49,920 nt of DNA from Candidatus Eiseniibacteriota bacterium. Lineage in GTDB: Bacteria; Arandabacterota; Arandabacteria; Arandabacterales; Arandabacteraceae. The position numbers and the translations under genes are program-made. The notes under the pieces were generated by a model. That model did not search any database, was not told where the DNA came from, and worked only from the letters and a program-made list of their open reading frames with translations. Positions within the stretch are counted from its first letter, which is position 1, and each line of letters begins with the position of its first letter. Positions 36,875-46,200 of the stretch are shown here, one piece after another. The stretch is from the NCBI GenBank assembly GCA_043810925.1, contig JBDRNT010000055.1, forward strand, positions 1-49,920. Direction: 5' to 3'.

Positions 36875-38555
36875 TAAGTCTTCCCCGAGGGAAGTAGTCG
36901 TTGTCGGTGGTGGAATAACCGGGCTTAAGGCGGCGCTCGAGGCCGCGGGATCGGGCGCAAGGGTTGCGCTCGTAGAGGAGTCCCCGTTCCTCGGCGGGCT
37001 CCTGCTCAAGCAGGAACGGGTGGTTCCGGAGGGCTTCCCATCGGTCTGTCTTTCATCCAGGTTGGTGAATGAGGTTCTTGCGCACCCGGGGATCAGGGTA
37101 CTTACGAACTCGACCCTGGGGAGTGTGCGCAAGAAGGACGACAAGATCAAAGTCAGCCTTACTCACCAGCCCAGCAGGGTGACCGGGGCCTGTAACGCAT
37201 GTGCCGAGTGCCTGCTTGTTTGCCCGATAAAGCCTTATGACGGTTACAACGAAGGCTTGATGCTGAGGACGGCCATAGACTTTGCGGGGCCGCGCGCCTT
37301 CGGCGGCGAGTACAACATCGAGAAGGAAACACCCGCGTGCCAGGAACGATGCCCGGTCCACATAGACATAAGAAGGTATGTGGGGCTGATCGCCGGTGGG
37401 CGGTACGAGGAAGCGATAAGAGTCGTACGTGAAAAGAACCCGTTACCCGCGGTCTGCGGCCGGATCTGTCCTCATCCATGTGAGACCGTCTGTAACAGGG
37501 GCCGTCAGGACGAGGCGATTGCGATTGATGCTCTCAAGCGTTTCGTAAGCGACTACGAAATCGCACAGCGAAAAGCCGGCAAGTTCGTGGCGCCGAAGCC
37601 CAGGAAGGATCTTAAGACCAGGGTGGCCGTCGTCGGGGCGGGCCCTGCCGGTCTTACGTTTGCGCACGATCTCGCGCTCGAAGGCTATCGGGTGACGGTC
37701 TTTGAAGCCGCCCCCGTACCCGGCGGAATGATGCACCTCGGAATTCCCGAATACAGGCTGCCACGGGACATCCTCTTGAGTGATGTTGCTTACATTGAGG
37801 ACCTTGGTGTGGAGATAAAACTCAACACGCCTCTTACGAAAGAGTTCACGGTAGACGACCTCTTCAAGCAGGGCTTCAAGGGGGTCTTCCTGGGCGTGGG
37901 TGCCTACGAAGGCCTCAAACTCAGGGTGCCCGGGGAAGACGACTACGAAGGTTTTCTTGACTGCCTCAAGTTCCTCAGGGGTGTGAATCTCGGGGACAAG
38001 ACCAGGCCGGGTAACAAGGTGATAGTCATAGGCGGTGGGAACTCGGCGATCGACTCGGCAAGAACGGCGCTCAGGCTGGGTTGCGAGGAGGTCACCATAC
38101 TTTACAGGAGATCGCGAAGGGAGATGCCGGCAAACGACTGGGAGATCGAGGGAGCGGAGGAGGAAGGCGTCAAGATTCACTATCTCGCCGCACCGGTCAA
38201 GATCCTGGGTAAGGGTGGCAAGGTGGCAGGCATGGAGTGCACCAGGATGAGGCTCGGCAAACTCGATGCAAGCGGGCGAAGACGGCCGATTCCTCTTGAG
38301 GGTTCGGAATTCACGGTTGAGGCCGATCTCATCATCCCGGCCATCAGCCAGCAGCCGGATATCACGTTCCTACCGGACGAACATGGCTTCGAGATCTCGC
38401 GCTGGAACTCATTTGTGGTTGATGAACGGACGATGGCCACAAATCGTCCCGGCATCTATGCCGGGGGGGATGGTGTTACCGGGCCCGCCACGGTGATCGA
38501 GGCCATACGTGCGGGCCACATTGCAGCCGATTCAATGAAGGAGTACTTGCGTTAG
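36867..38555 (+). CDS. HdrA N-terminus/ferredoxin fused to GltD/NfnL-like NAD(P)H oxidoreductase (HdrL-like, first half)
   Basis: GGGITG, CNACAECLLVCP, PACQERCP, CGRICPHPCE, GAGPAG, GIPEYRLP, GGGNSAID, YRRS, AGGD. Confidence 0.88.
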   Translation: MSDKSSPREVVVVGGGITGLKAALEAAGSGARVALVEESPFLGGLLLKQERVVPEGFPSVCLSSRLVNEVLAHPGIRVLTNSTLGSVRKKDDKIKVSLTHQPSRVTGACNACAECLLVCPIKPYDGYNEGLMLRTAIDFAGPRAFGGEYNIEKETPACQERCPVHIDIRRYVGLIAGGRYEEAIRVVREKNPLPAVCGRICPHPCETVCNRGRQDEAIAIDALKRFVSDYEIAQRKAGKFVAPKPRKDLKTRVAVVGAGPAGLTFAHDLALEGYRVTVFEAAPVPGGMMHLGIPEYRLPRDILLSDVAYIEDLGVEIKLNTPLTKEFTVDDLFKQGFKGVFLGVGAYEGLKLRVPGEDDYEGFLDCLKFLRGVNLGDKTRPGNKVIVIGGGNSAIDSARTALRLGCEEVTILYRRSRREMPANDWEIEGAEEEGVKIHYLAAPVKILGKGGKVAGMECTRMRLGKLDASGRRRPIPLEGSEFTVEADLIIPAISQQPDITFLPDEHGFEISRWNSFVVDERTMATNRPGIYAGGDGVTGPATVIEAIRAGHIAADSMKEYLR

Positions 38556-38557
38556 AT

Positions 38558-40879
38558 ATGAAGAAACCGAAGTTCATATCCGAGTTCAAGGACATTCCTT
38601 CAAAGCGGCAGAAGATGCCCGAATTGCCGCTTGAAGAGAGGAGTCTCAACTTCGATGAGGTCGAACTCGGGCTTTCGGAGGAGATGGTTCTCAAGGAAGC
38701 GGCCAGGTGTCTGAGCTGCCGGCGCTGTATAGGTTGCGGGCTGTGTCTTGCAGAGTGTGATCCCAAGGCGATTGTCTACGATGAAGCGGCAAGCAGGGTC
38801 GATCTCGAAGCCGACGCCGTGATATTCACCTCCGACGGTCAGGCCTATAACCCCGCCGGGAAGAAGGAGCTCGGCTATGCGGATGCTGCAAACGTGATAA
38901 CCAGCTTCGAATTCGAGCGGCTCGTGAGTCCGACGGGTCCGTTCGGCGGGCTCCTTGTAAGACCTTTCGACGGGGACGTACCGAAACGAATCGCTTTCAT
39001 TCAGTGTGTCGGTTCGAGGGAAGAGGGGATAGGTGCGAACTTCTGCTCATCCGACTGTTGCTCGCGTACGTTTTCACAGGCCAACCACGCCAGGAAACTC
39101 ACCGGCGATGCAGAGGTCCATGTATTCCACAGAGGCCTGAGACCTGTGGGTAAAAGGAGTGAGCTCATTCTTTCCGAGCTTCAGGGCGAGAAGTGGATAG
39201 AGTTTACCGAGGCGGAGGTGGTCTCGGTCAGGGAGGATCCCCGGGACGGGACCGTGAGCGTTGAATACTCGGTGGCGGGCAAGACCGCCGAAGCGCAGTT
39301 CGATCTCGTGGTGCTTGCCGTTGGTATTCATGCGCTTGACGGTTTTAAGCGTTACGCCAGGACGGCGGGGATCAGGGTCAACAAGTTCGGGTTCATTGAA
39401 CGGAGCATAGGAAGCCTCATCGCCGGGACCGATGCTGTATCGTTCGGCGGGGCCGTATGCGGACCTGCTCCGGTTTACCGGAGTGTGATAGACGCTCTGG
39501 CAGCCTCAACAAGATCACTCAACTCCTCGGGGACGAAGCCTCCCAGACAGGCATCCCGTTCGAAGGGCAAGACGTCTGTACATGCCTGTGAGTACGGTCT
39601 TGAGCTTGCAGGTGTGAACCGGTCGGATGTCGAAGGGCTTTGCAGTGTTCACCCGTTCCTGTGTTACAGGGACGGCAGAGCTGCGATGAGCGCGAATCTG
39701 AATGAGACATCATCAATAGTCGTGGTTGGATGTCACAAAGGCAGTCATGAAGAGCTTTTCGAACAGGTCTGCGGTCTTCCCGGGGGAAGCGTCACGATCA
39801 TGGCCGGTGAAGATCTCACCGGCGATCTGAAGGCGAATCTGGCATCGATTATGGAGGGCTCCCCTGCCGCGCAGCCGCGACCGGAGGCCGGGAGTGACAA
39901 GAAACCCGCCAGTGTGGTCGTTGTCGGCGGGGGCACTTCGGGTCTGGCCGCCGCGAGTGAGCTTGTGCGACGCGGCGTAGAGGTGACAGTGGTTGAGAAG
40001 TCGGCAGAGATAGGTAGACCCCTGATTTTCGCCGCCATGGTGGAAGGCACCGAGGTCGATGCTGTTGACGGTTTTGTCAAGGCACTCGAGACGAATCCGG
40101 GTGCAACGGTACTCAAGGAAGGCACCGTGGCATCGGTGAAAAAATCGGCCGGCAAGATCACAGTCATGGTATCCACTCCAAAGGGCGAGAAGACGCTCGA
40201 AGCCGGGGCGATGCTCATTGCAACCGGAGCCGGCGCCTATGTGCCTGTGGGATGTCACCATGGAGAAGACGAGGCAATCCTGACCCAGAGTGAGTTCCGG
40301 CAGAGGATCAACGAAGGCCGGGCTTCCTGGAAGCGGGTGGCGATGATACAGTGTGTCGGGGCACGTACTGGCGAACACCCCTATTGCAGCAGATACTGTT
40401 GCAAGCAGGCCCTGGCCAACGTGCTCAGATTCAAGCAAGACAATCCTGATGCGGAGGTGACCGTCTTCCATAGAGGGATCAGGGTTTTCGGCTTCGAGGA
40501 GGATCTGTACACGGATGCCGGCGACCTCGGAGTAGACTTCGTCGAGATCACAGGTGAGCCGCGGATTACTACGGACGGGGCCCTTAAGGTAGCTGCCGAC
40601 TCGACGGATGGGAAGAGTTCTTCCCGTGAGTTTGACGCCGTGGTACTCTCAGTCGGGCATCTCCACGGACCGGACCATGAAGAACTGGCGCGTGTCAGCG
40701 GAGTCACGCTGGACGATCTCAGGTTTCTGGCGACAGGCGATCCGCTTGCCGCTCCGTTCGCGACGACGGCTTCCGGCATTTTCGCCTGCGGTTTTGCCCG
40801 GTCTCCGGTCATAGCCGAAGAGGCATTCGTTGACGGGGTGGGCGCTGCAGGCGCGATATGCAAGTATTTGGGTGTATGA
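38558..40879 (+). CDS. HdrA-like flavoprotein with two degenerate HdrA modules (HdrL-like, second half)
   Basis: Starts with NFDEVELG...EAARCLSC; FIQCVGSR...FCSSDCC; GGGTSG; MIQCVGAR...YCSRYCC. Confidence 0.85.
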   Translation: MKKPKFISEFKDIPSKRQKMPELPLEERSLNFDEVELGLSEEMVLKEAARCLSCRRCIGCGLCLAECDPKAIVYDEAASRVDLEADAVIFTSDGQAYNPAGKKELGYADAANVITSFEFERLVSPTGPFGGLLVRPFDGDVPKRIAFIQCVGSREEGIGANFCSSDCCSRTFSQANHARKLTGDAEVHVFHRGLRPVGKRSELILSELQGEKWIEFTEAEVVSVREDPRDGTVSVEYSVAGKTAEAQFDLVVLAVGIHALDGFKRYARTAGIRVNKFGFIERSIGSLIAGTDAVSFGGAVCGPAPVYRSVIDALAASTRSLNSSGTKPPRQASRSKGKTSVHACEYGLELAGVNRSDVEGLCSVHPFLCYRDGRAAMSANLNETSSIVVVGCHKGSHEELFEQVCGLPGGSVTIMAGEDLTGDLKANLASIMEGSPAAQPRPEAGSDKKPASVVVVGGGTSGLAAASELVRRGVEVTVVEKSAEIGRPLIFAAMVEGTEVDAVDGFVKALETNPGATVLKEGTVASVKKSAGKITVMVSTPKGEKTLEAGAMLIATGAGAYVPVGCHHGEDEAILTQSEFRQRINEGRASWKRVAMIQCVGARTGEHPYCSRYCCKQALANVLRFKQDNPDAEVTVFHRGIRVFGFEEDLYTDAGDLGVDFVEITGEPRITTDGALKVAADSTDGKSSSREFDAVVLSVGHLHGPDHEELARVSGVTLDDLRFLATGDPLAAPFATTASGIFACGFARSPVIAEEAFVDGVGAAGAICKYLGV

Positions 40880-40895
40880 ACCGCAGGAGGCTTCA

Positions 40896-41255
40896 TTGAC
40901 ACTAAGGGAGATTTGCCGGGCCATAGAGTGCGAGGTGATTACGGGCGAGGATATGCTCGATCACGATTTCAAGGAAGTGTGCGGCGCCGACCTCATGAGT
41001 GATGTGCTCGCATTCGCCGCACCGGGAGGGATTCTCCTCACGGGCTTAAGGAATGTCCAATCCGTCATAACCTCTCATGTAGCAGAGGTGCAGGCGATAG
41101 TCTACGTGCGCGGGAAGAAGCCCGATGAGGATGCGGTGAAGCTGGCCGTACAGAAGGGAATTCCGCTCCTGTCCTGCCCGCTTTCGATGTTCGAAGCGTG
41201 TGGCCGCCTTTATGAGAAGGGCATGAAATCCGGAAACCAGATTGGTGGAAAATGA
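40896..41255 (+). CDS. DRTGG-domain protein
   Basis: AGGAGG RBS + TTG; GADLMSDVLAF, LLTGL, VRGKKP, MFEACGRLY. Confidence 0.85.
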   Translation: MTLREICRAIECEVITGEDMLDHDFKEVCGADLMSDVLAFAAPGGILLTGLRNVQSVITSHVAEVQAIVYVRGKKPDEDAVKLAVQKGIPLLSCPLSMFEACGRLYEKGMKSGNQIGGK

Positions 41256-41683
41256 GCGATGAAGTTCTGTTTTTCCAGGAGTTCTCGGTGCTGGGCAAGG
41301 ACTTCACCAAGGCGGGTTCGGTCTCTACGGAGATAAAGTCGATTCTTAAGGAAATCGGTTTCGATCCCGCGAAGGTCAGACGGGCTGCCATTGCATCGTA
41401 TGAAGCGGAGATGAACATAGTCATGTATGCCGACAGAGCGGTGGTGCGACTGTCTGCTACCCCCACGAGCATACGAATCGAGCTCGAGGATGAGGGCCCG
41501 GGTATCGAGTGTATCGAACGCGCGATGGAGGAGGGCTATTCGACCGCGACTCCCGAAATGAGAGAGATGGGTTTCGGAGCAGGTATGGGACTCCCGAACA
41601 TAAAGCGTAACGCAGATGACTTCGAGATTGCATCCGAGGTGGGGAAGGGCACCAGACTGGCCATAACCATACACACGAGCTAG
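41252..41683 (+). CDS. RsbT/anti-sigma-factor-like Ser/Thr kinase (HATPase_c)
   Basis: YEAEMNIV, EDEGPGI, GYSTA, GFGAGMGLPNI, GKGT. Confidence 0.88.
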   Translation: MSDEVLFFQEFSVLGKDFTKAGSVSTEIKSILKEIGFDPAKVRRAAIASYEAEMNIVMYADRAVVRLSATPTSIRIELEDEGPGIECIERAMEEGYSTATPEMREMGFGAGMGLPNIKRNADDFEIASEVGKGTRLAITIHTS

Positions 41684-41685
41684 CG

Positions 41686-42978
41686 ATGGGAAAATACTAC
41701 CACCCCATACAGTTTGTCGGCGAGAGATGCGGCGGCAGAATGAAGTGCATGCGCAGCTGCCCCACCGCGGCCATCAGGATGCGTGACGGCAAGGCAAGGA
41801 TGATTGAAGAGCTTTGCGTGGATTGCGGCGAATGCATAAATGTCTGCCCCTCCGGAGCGATCGTACCACTTACCGATCCCTTCACCCGGTCTCTGGATTT
41901 CAAATACAAGGTAGCCCTACCCTCACCGGTGCTCTATTCGCAGTTCAGGCCCGAGGTCGATCCGAGAAGGATCATCACGGGTCTCAAGCGGATCGGATTC
42001 GACTATGTTTGTGATGTCTCGCGCGCCTGTCGAGAGGTGAGCATAGCGATCGATGAGTCCATTGCCCAGCACAGGGGCAGGCTCCCCGTTGTCTCCTCGT
42101 TCTGCCCTGCGGTTGTGCGGTTGATTCAGGTCAAGTACCCGGACCTGACGGGCAGGGTTGTGCCTGTGGATGTTCCCCGGGAGATAGCTGCGAGGGATTT
42201 TAAGCAGAATCTCTCACATGAGCTCGGTGTGGATATCGGGGAGCTCGGGGTGGTCTATATCACGACCTGTCCTGCGAAAATCGTTTCAATCAAGCAGCCC
42301 GCCGAGAAGGAAAAGTCATGGATAGACGGCGCCGTGTCGATTGTCGATGTCTTTGCCCCTCTCTTCTCAGCGGTCGCCGACCTTGAGGATGATGAAATAG
42401 ACGAGGATGTGGCCCGGGACTTCACGTTCGGTGCCGGCTGGTCCATGTTGGGGGAGATGACCAGACTGATCGGCGCGGAGCACTCGATCGCCGCCTCCGG
42501 TATGAGCGATGTTACGAAGATCCTTGATGATATCGAGAACTCCAAGCTCAGAGATGTGGAATTCGTGGAGCTTTCCTCCTGCCTGGGAGGATGCATCGGG
42601 GGATCGCTTGTCGTTGAGAACATGTATGTCGCACGGAGCAGCACCTTGAACCTGCTCAGAAAGTATGGGGGAAAGGTTGAGGTTGACAGAGACGAGGTTA
42701 TAGAGAAGTATAATAGGGGTCATTATTCACTTGAAAAGAAGCTCGCCCCCAGACCGCTTCGGCCGCTTGACGGCAATCTGGCCAGGGCGATTGAGAAAAA
42801 GAAACGGAAGGATACAATATACAATGCCCTGCCCAAGATTGACTGCGGATGCTGCGGCGCTCCTACTTGTATTGCTTTCGCCGATGACATCGTCCGCGGG
42901 GATGGCCACATAGAGGACTGTATCTACATGGGAGGTATCAAAGATGGGAAGAGGAGATCGAAAGACGAGGAAGGGTAA
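41686..42978 (+). CDS. Non-canonical (group C/D-like, putatively sensory) [FeFe]-hydrogenase-like protein with N-terminal 2x[4Fe-4S] and C-terminal FeS domain
   Basis: Variant H-cluster motifs SSFCPAVV, TTCPAK, ELSSCLGGCIGG; C-terminal LPKIDCGCCGAPTC. Confidence 0.82.
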   Translation: MGKYYHPIQFVGERCGGRMKCMRSCPTAAIRMRDGKARMIEELCVDCGECINVCPSGAIVPLTDPFTRSLDFKYKVALPSPVLYSQFRPEVDPRRIITGLKRIGFDYVCDVSRACREVSIAIDESIAQHRGRLPVVSSFCPAVVRLIQVKYPDLTGRVVPVDVPREIAARDFKQNLSHELGVDIGELGVVYITTCPAKIVSIKQPAEKEKSWIDGAVSIVDVFAPLFSAVADLEDDEIDEDVARDFTFGAGWSMLGEMTRLIGAEHSIAASGMSDVTKILDDIENSKLRDVEFVELSSCLGGCIGGSLVVENMYVARSSTLNLLRKYGGKVEVDRDEVIEKYNRGHYSLEKKLAPRPLRPLDGNLARAIEKKKRKDTIYNALPKIDCGCCGAPTCIAFADDIVRGDGHIEDCIYMGGIKDGKRRSKDEEG

Positions 42979-43075
42979 GATCTGGAAGAAAAGCTCGGGT
43001 AACGCCCGCCCTCGTAAGAAGAAGAAGATCAAGACAAAGGCCGCAGCCGCGAAGACATCCGAGCCAACCGCGTAG
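42944..43075 (+). CDS. thx: 30S ribosomal protein THX (bTHX/bS31 family), 43 aa; not in ORF track
   Basis: GGAGGT RBS (42931-42936); MGRGDRKTRKGKIWKKSSGNARPRKKKK... matches the THX signature GKGDxxTxRGKI...G..RP. Confidence 0.85.
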   Translation: MGRGDRKTRKGKIWKKSSGNARPRKKKKIKTKAAAAKTSEPTA

Positions 43076-43185
43076 TCGCTCCATCTTTTTTCCTGCGGAG
43101 TACCCTGGGGTTTCTGCTTTCCCTGCCATTCCGCGCGCCCGCATGATGGGGTGAAACTCAAGGAGCACGCCGGCATCTGGGGGAA

Positions 43186-43214
43186 TTGCCGATCGCGCCA
43201 TCTGTGAGTATAGT
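43186..43214 (+). promoter_or_regulatory. sigma70-like promoter
   Basis: TTGCCG-17 nt-TATAGT upstream of the protease gene. Confidence 0.45.
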
Positions 43215-43259
43215 GGTACTGGCGCAAACCTGCCGGAACCAGGATCGAAAGAACAGAGC

Positions 43260-46200
43260 ATGATCGGTATACGTACAACCAGGATGCAATATCTGCCTGT
43301 GGCAATCTTCTTTCTACTTGTAATCGGAAGTACGATCCAGGTCCCCTCTGCCGGCGGCGCCGAGCATCCCCGGGCAAGGGCGCTGGTCCATGCACCGAGC
43401 GACCGCCTGCCCGCAGTTCCCGACGCAGGCTTCATCCCTCCGGCACGTGACATGCTGCATATCATGCCGGGGCGCTCACTTCGGAGCCCGGCAACTCTGC
43501 CGTCCCGATTCGATTGGCGCGAGCATGGAAAGGTGACATCGGTCAAGAACCAGGGGGCCTGCGGTTCGTGCTATGCGTTTGCTGCACTCGCCAATGTGGA
43601 GGCCAAGTTGCTGGTCGATGGGGAGCCGCGCTATGACTTTTCGGAGAACAACATCAAGGAATGCGAGTGGTACCAGAGCAGCTGCTCGGGAGGGAATTAC
43701 CACCGGATGGCAAACTTCCTGTCGCAGAAGGGCGCGGTGCTTGAAACCTGCGACCCGTATGTGCCGGCCAACGTAGCGTGTAAGAGTACCTGCAACTACG
43801 TGACCACACTTCTGGACTGGAGCATGGTCTCGGCGGAGAGCATCCCGGAACCCGATCTCCTCAAGTCCTACATCATGGCGTATGGGCCGCTTTACACAAC
43901 GCTCTCTGCCGGAGGGAGCTCCTGGTACGCCGAGTTGAAAGCCTATGACGGTTCGTACACGCTGTATAACCCGGTGAGGCAAGAAGTCAACCATGCCGTT
44001 CTGCTCATAGGCTGGGATGATTCGCTGGAGCATGCCGGCGGTCAGGGCGGCTGGATAGCAAAGAACAGCTGGGGTAGCGCCTGGGGGGGACCCTGCGGCC
44101 ATGGCAGTGAGCGTGGCTTCTTCACCATGGCTTACGGCTCGGCGATGATGGGCTGCTGGTCCTCGTCAATGACCGGATGGCAGGACTATGATCCGGACGG
44201 ACGGCTGCTCTACTGCGACGAGGGCGGGTACCAGGCGGAGGCCCAGGTGGGTTTCGATGGGGTCACCGCATGGGGGATGTGCAAGCTTGCTGCTGACGAG
44301 GACATGCGCATCGAGCGTGTCGAGTTCTGGGCAACCGACATCACGACCGATATCGATGTCTACATTTACAATGACTTCGACGGGACTATGCTTTCGACAC
44401 TGCTCACGAGCGAGCTCGATCAGTCATTCTCCGAATACGGCTATCACTCGGTCGAACTCGCTTCTCCCATCGTTGTGGAGCCGGGGGACGATGTTTACGC
44501 CGTGGTCAGGTTCACCAATTCATCTTTTCCCTATCCGGTCGCACTCGATGGAAACGGTATCGTTGCCCCGGGGAAGTGCTATGTGAGCGCCGACGGCAAC
44601 GCCTGGCAGGATGTACGGACCATCGAAGGCTGCGAAAACTCCGACGTCTGCATCCGGCTCAGGGGGACGGAGCTTGCGACAACCCATACCTGGCATGTGC
44701 CGTCTGATGCAGCAACCATAGGGGAAGCCGTCGGTCTTGCTGATGCGGGAGATACGGTGATCGTGGCTCCGGGGACCTACTCCGATGGCTCGATCCTGAT
44801 CGATCGGGCGATCGTAGTCATGAGCGTAGCCGGTCCTGAAAGCACCGTAATCGATGCGGGTCCCACCGGTCCACACGAGCACGTGATCTTGTTCAGCTCG
44901 GTCGGAAGCGGGGCGAGACTCAGAGGCTTTACCTTTACCGGTCTCATAAATCCTTACGCTTCAGGCGTGGTCAGGATAGCGAATTCAACTCCATGCATCG
45001 AGGCTTGCGTTATTGCCGGGAACAACCTGATGGGTGTGGGGATAAACATCGATGATTCGTCACCACACATATCAGAGTGCACGATTGAAGGCAACACTGC
45101 GATTGCCGGAGTGTACTACACGGGTGGGAGCGGTGGTGAGCTTACCCGCACCATAGTGTCAAACACCCACGGTGGGGATGCCATCACGTGTCTGCAGGGA
45201 TCGGATCCCCTCATATCGTGCTGTGACCTCTACTTGAACACCCGGAGCGATACCGTTTGCGGTACCGACGGCGGCGGCAACTTCTCGGAAGATCCGGTGT
45301 TCTGCAACGGTGAAGGCGGTGACTATTCTCTATCTGATACCTCGCCCTGCCTCGCCGGCTACGGGTGCGGACGTATCGGTGCCGTCGGCCAGGGCTGTCC
45401 AACCGAGATACCAGGGGCGCTGCCGGCCTTCTCGGTCAGCCCGGGGGATACATCCAATGTGCTCGAGTGGTCACTGCCACAGGCACCGGTTCAGGGCGCC
45501 CTCATAGTCTATTCGACATCGGCCTACCCGGAAAGTGCCGGGGCGGGGCTACCCATTGAAAACGGCAACGCGGGCTTCGTAATGGGCTCACCTTCCAGTC
45601 AGGGGGGTTTTGCTCATACGGGGCTTTCAAACGATACGACGTACTACTACACAGCGTATGCATACAACGGGACACTGCTGAGCGAGACCGGACTGACCGC
45701 AAGCGGCAGTCCGTCTGATACGGTGCCACCAGGGGCACCAGTCACTTTCTCGCCCGCGCCCGCACCCGGCGAGATCACGCTCTCATGGGTCTATCCCGCC
45801 GACGGCGATCTTGAAGGAGTGGTCATTCGCTATTCGACATCATCATACCCTGCATCTCATTCTGACGGGTCACCTGTAGAAAATGGGGCGGGAGGCGTCT
45901 TTCTGGGTCTGTCCGGCAGTGATGACTCTTTCACTCACGGTGGGCTTACGGATGACACCGTGTACTACTACTCGGCTTTCGCGTTCGATGAGGTCCCGAA
46001 CCATTCGACTGCAGCCCAGGGAAGTGCCTCACCCGGTGACTACACACCGCCCGATGAGGTTGTGAATTTCACTGCGGAGGCAGGGGACACCCTGGTCCAC
46101 GTTCGCTGGACCAATCCGCCGGACGGCGATTTTGAAGGCACCCTTATCAGGTATTCAACAGCGACCTTCCCGGTGGTGCCGACCGACGGGAACCCGGTGG

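Noticed and set aside
38553-38558. Pyrrolysine/TAG read-through joining the two HdrL halves
   Set aside because: The downstream ORF is in a different frame and has its own ATG.
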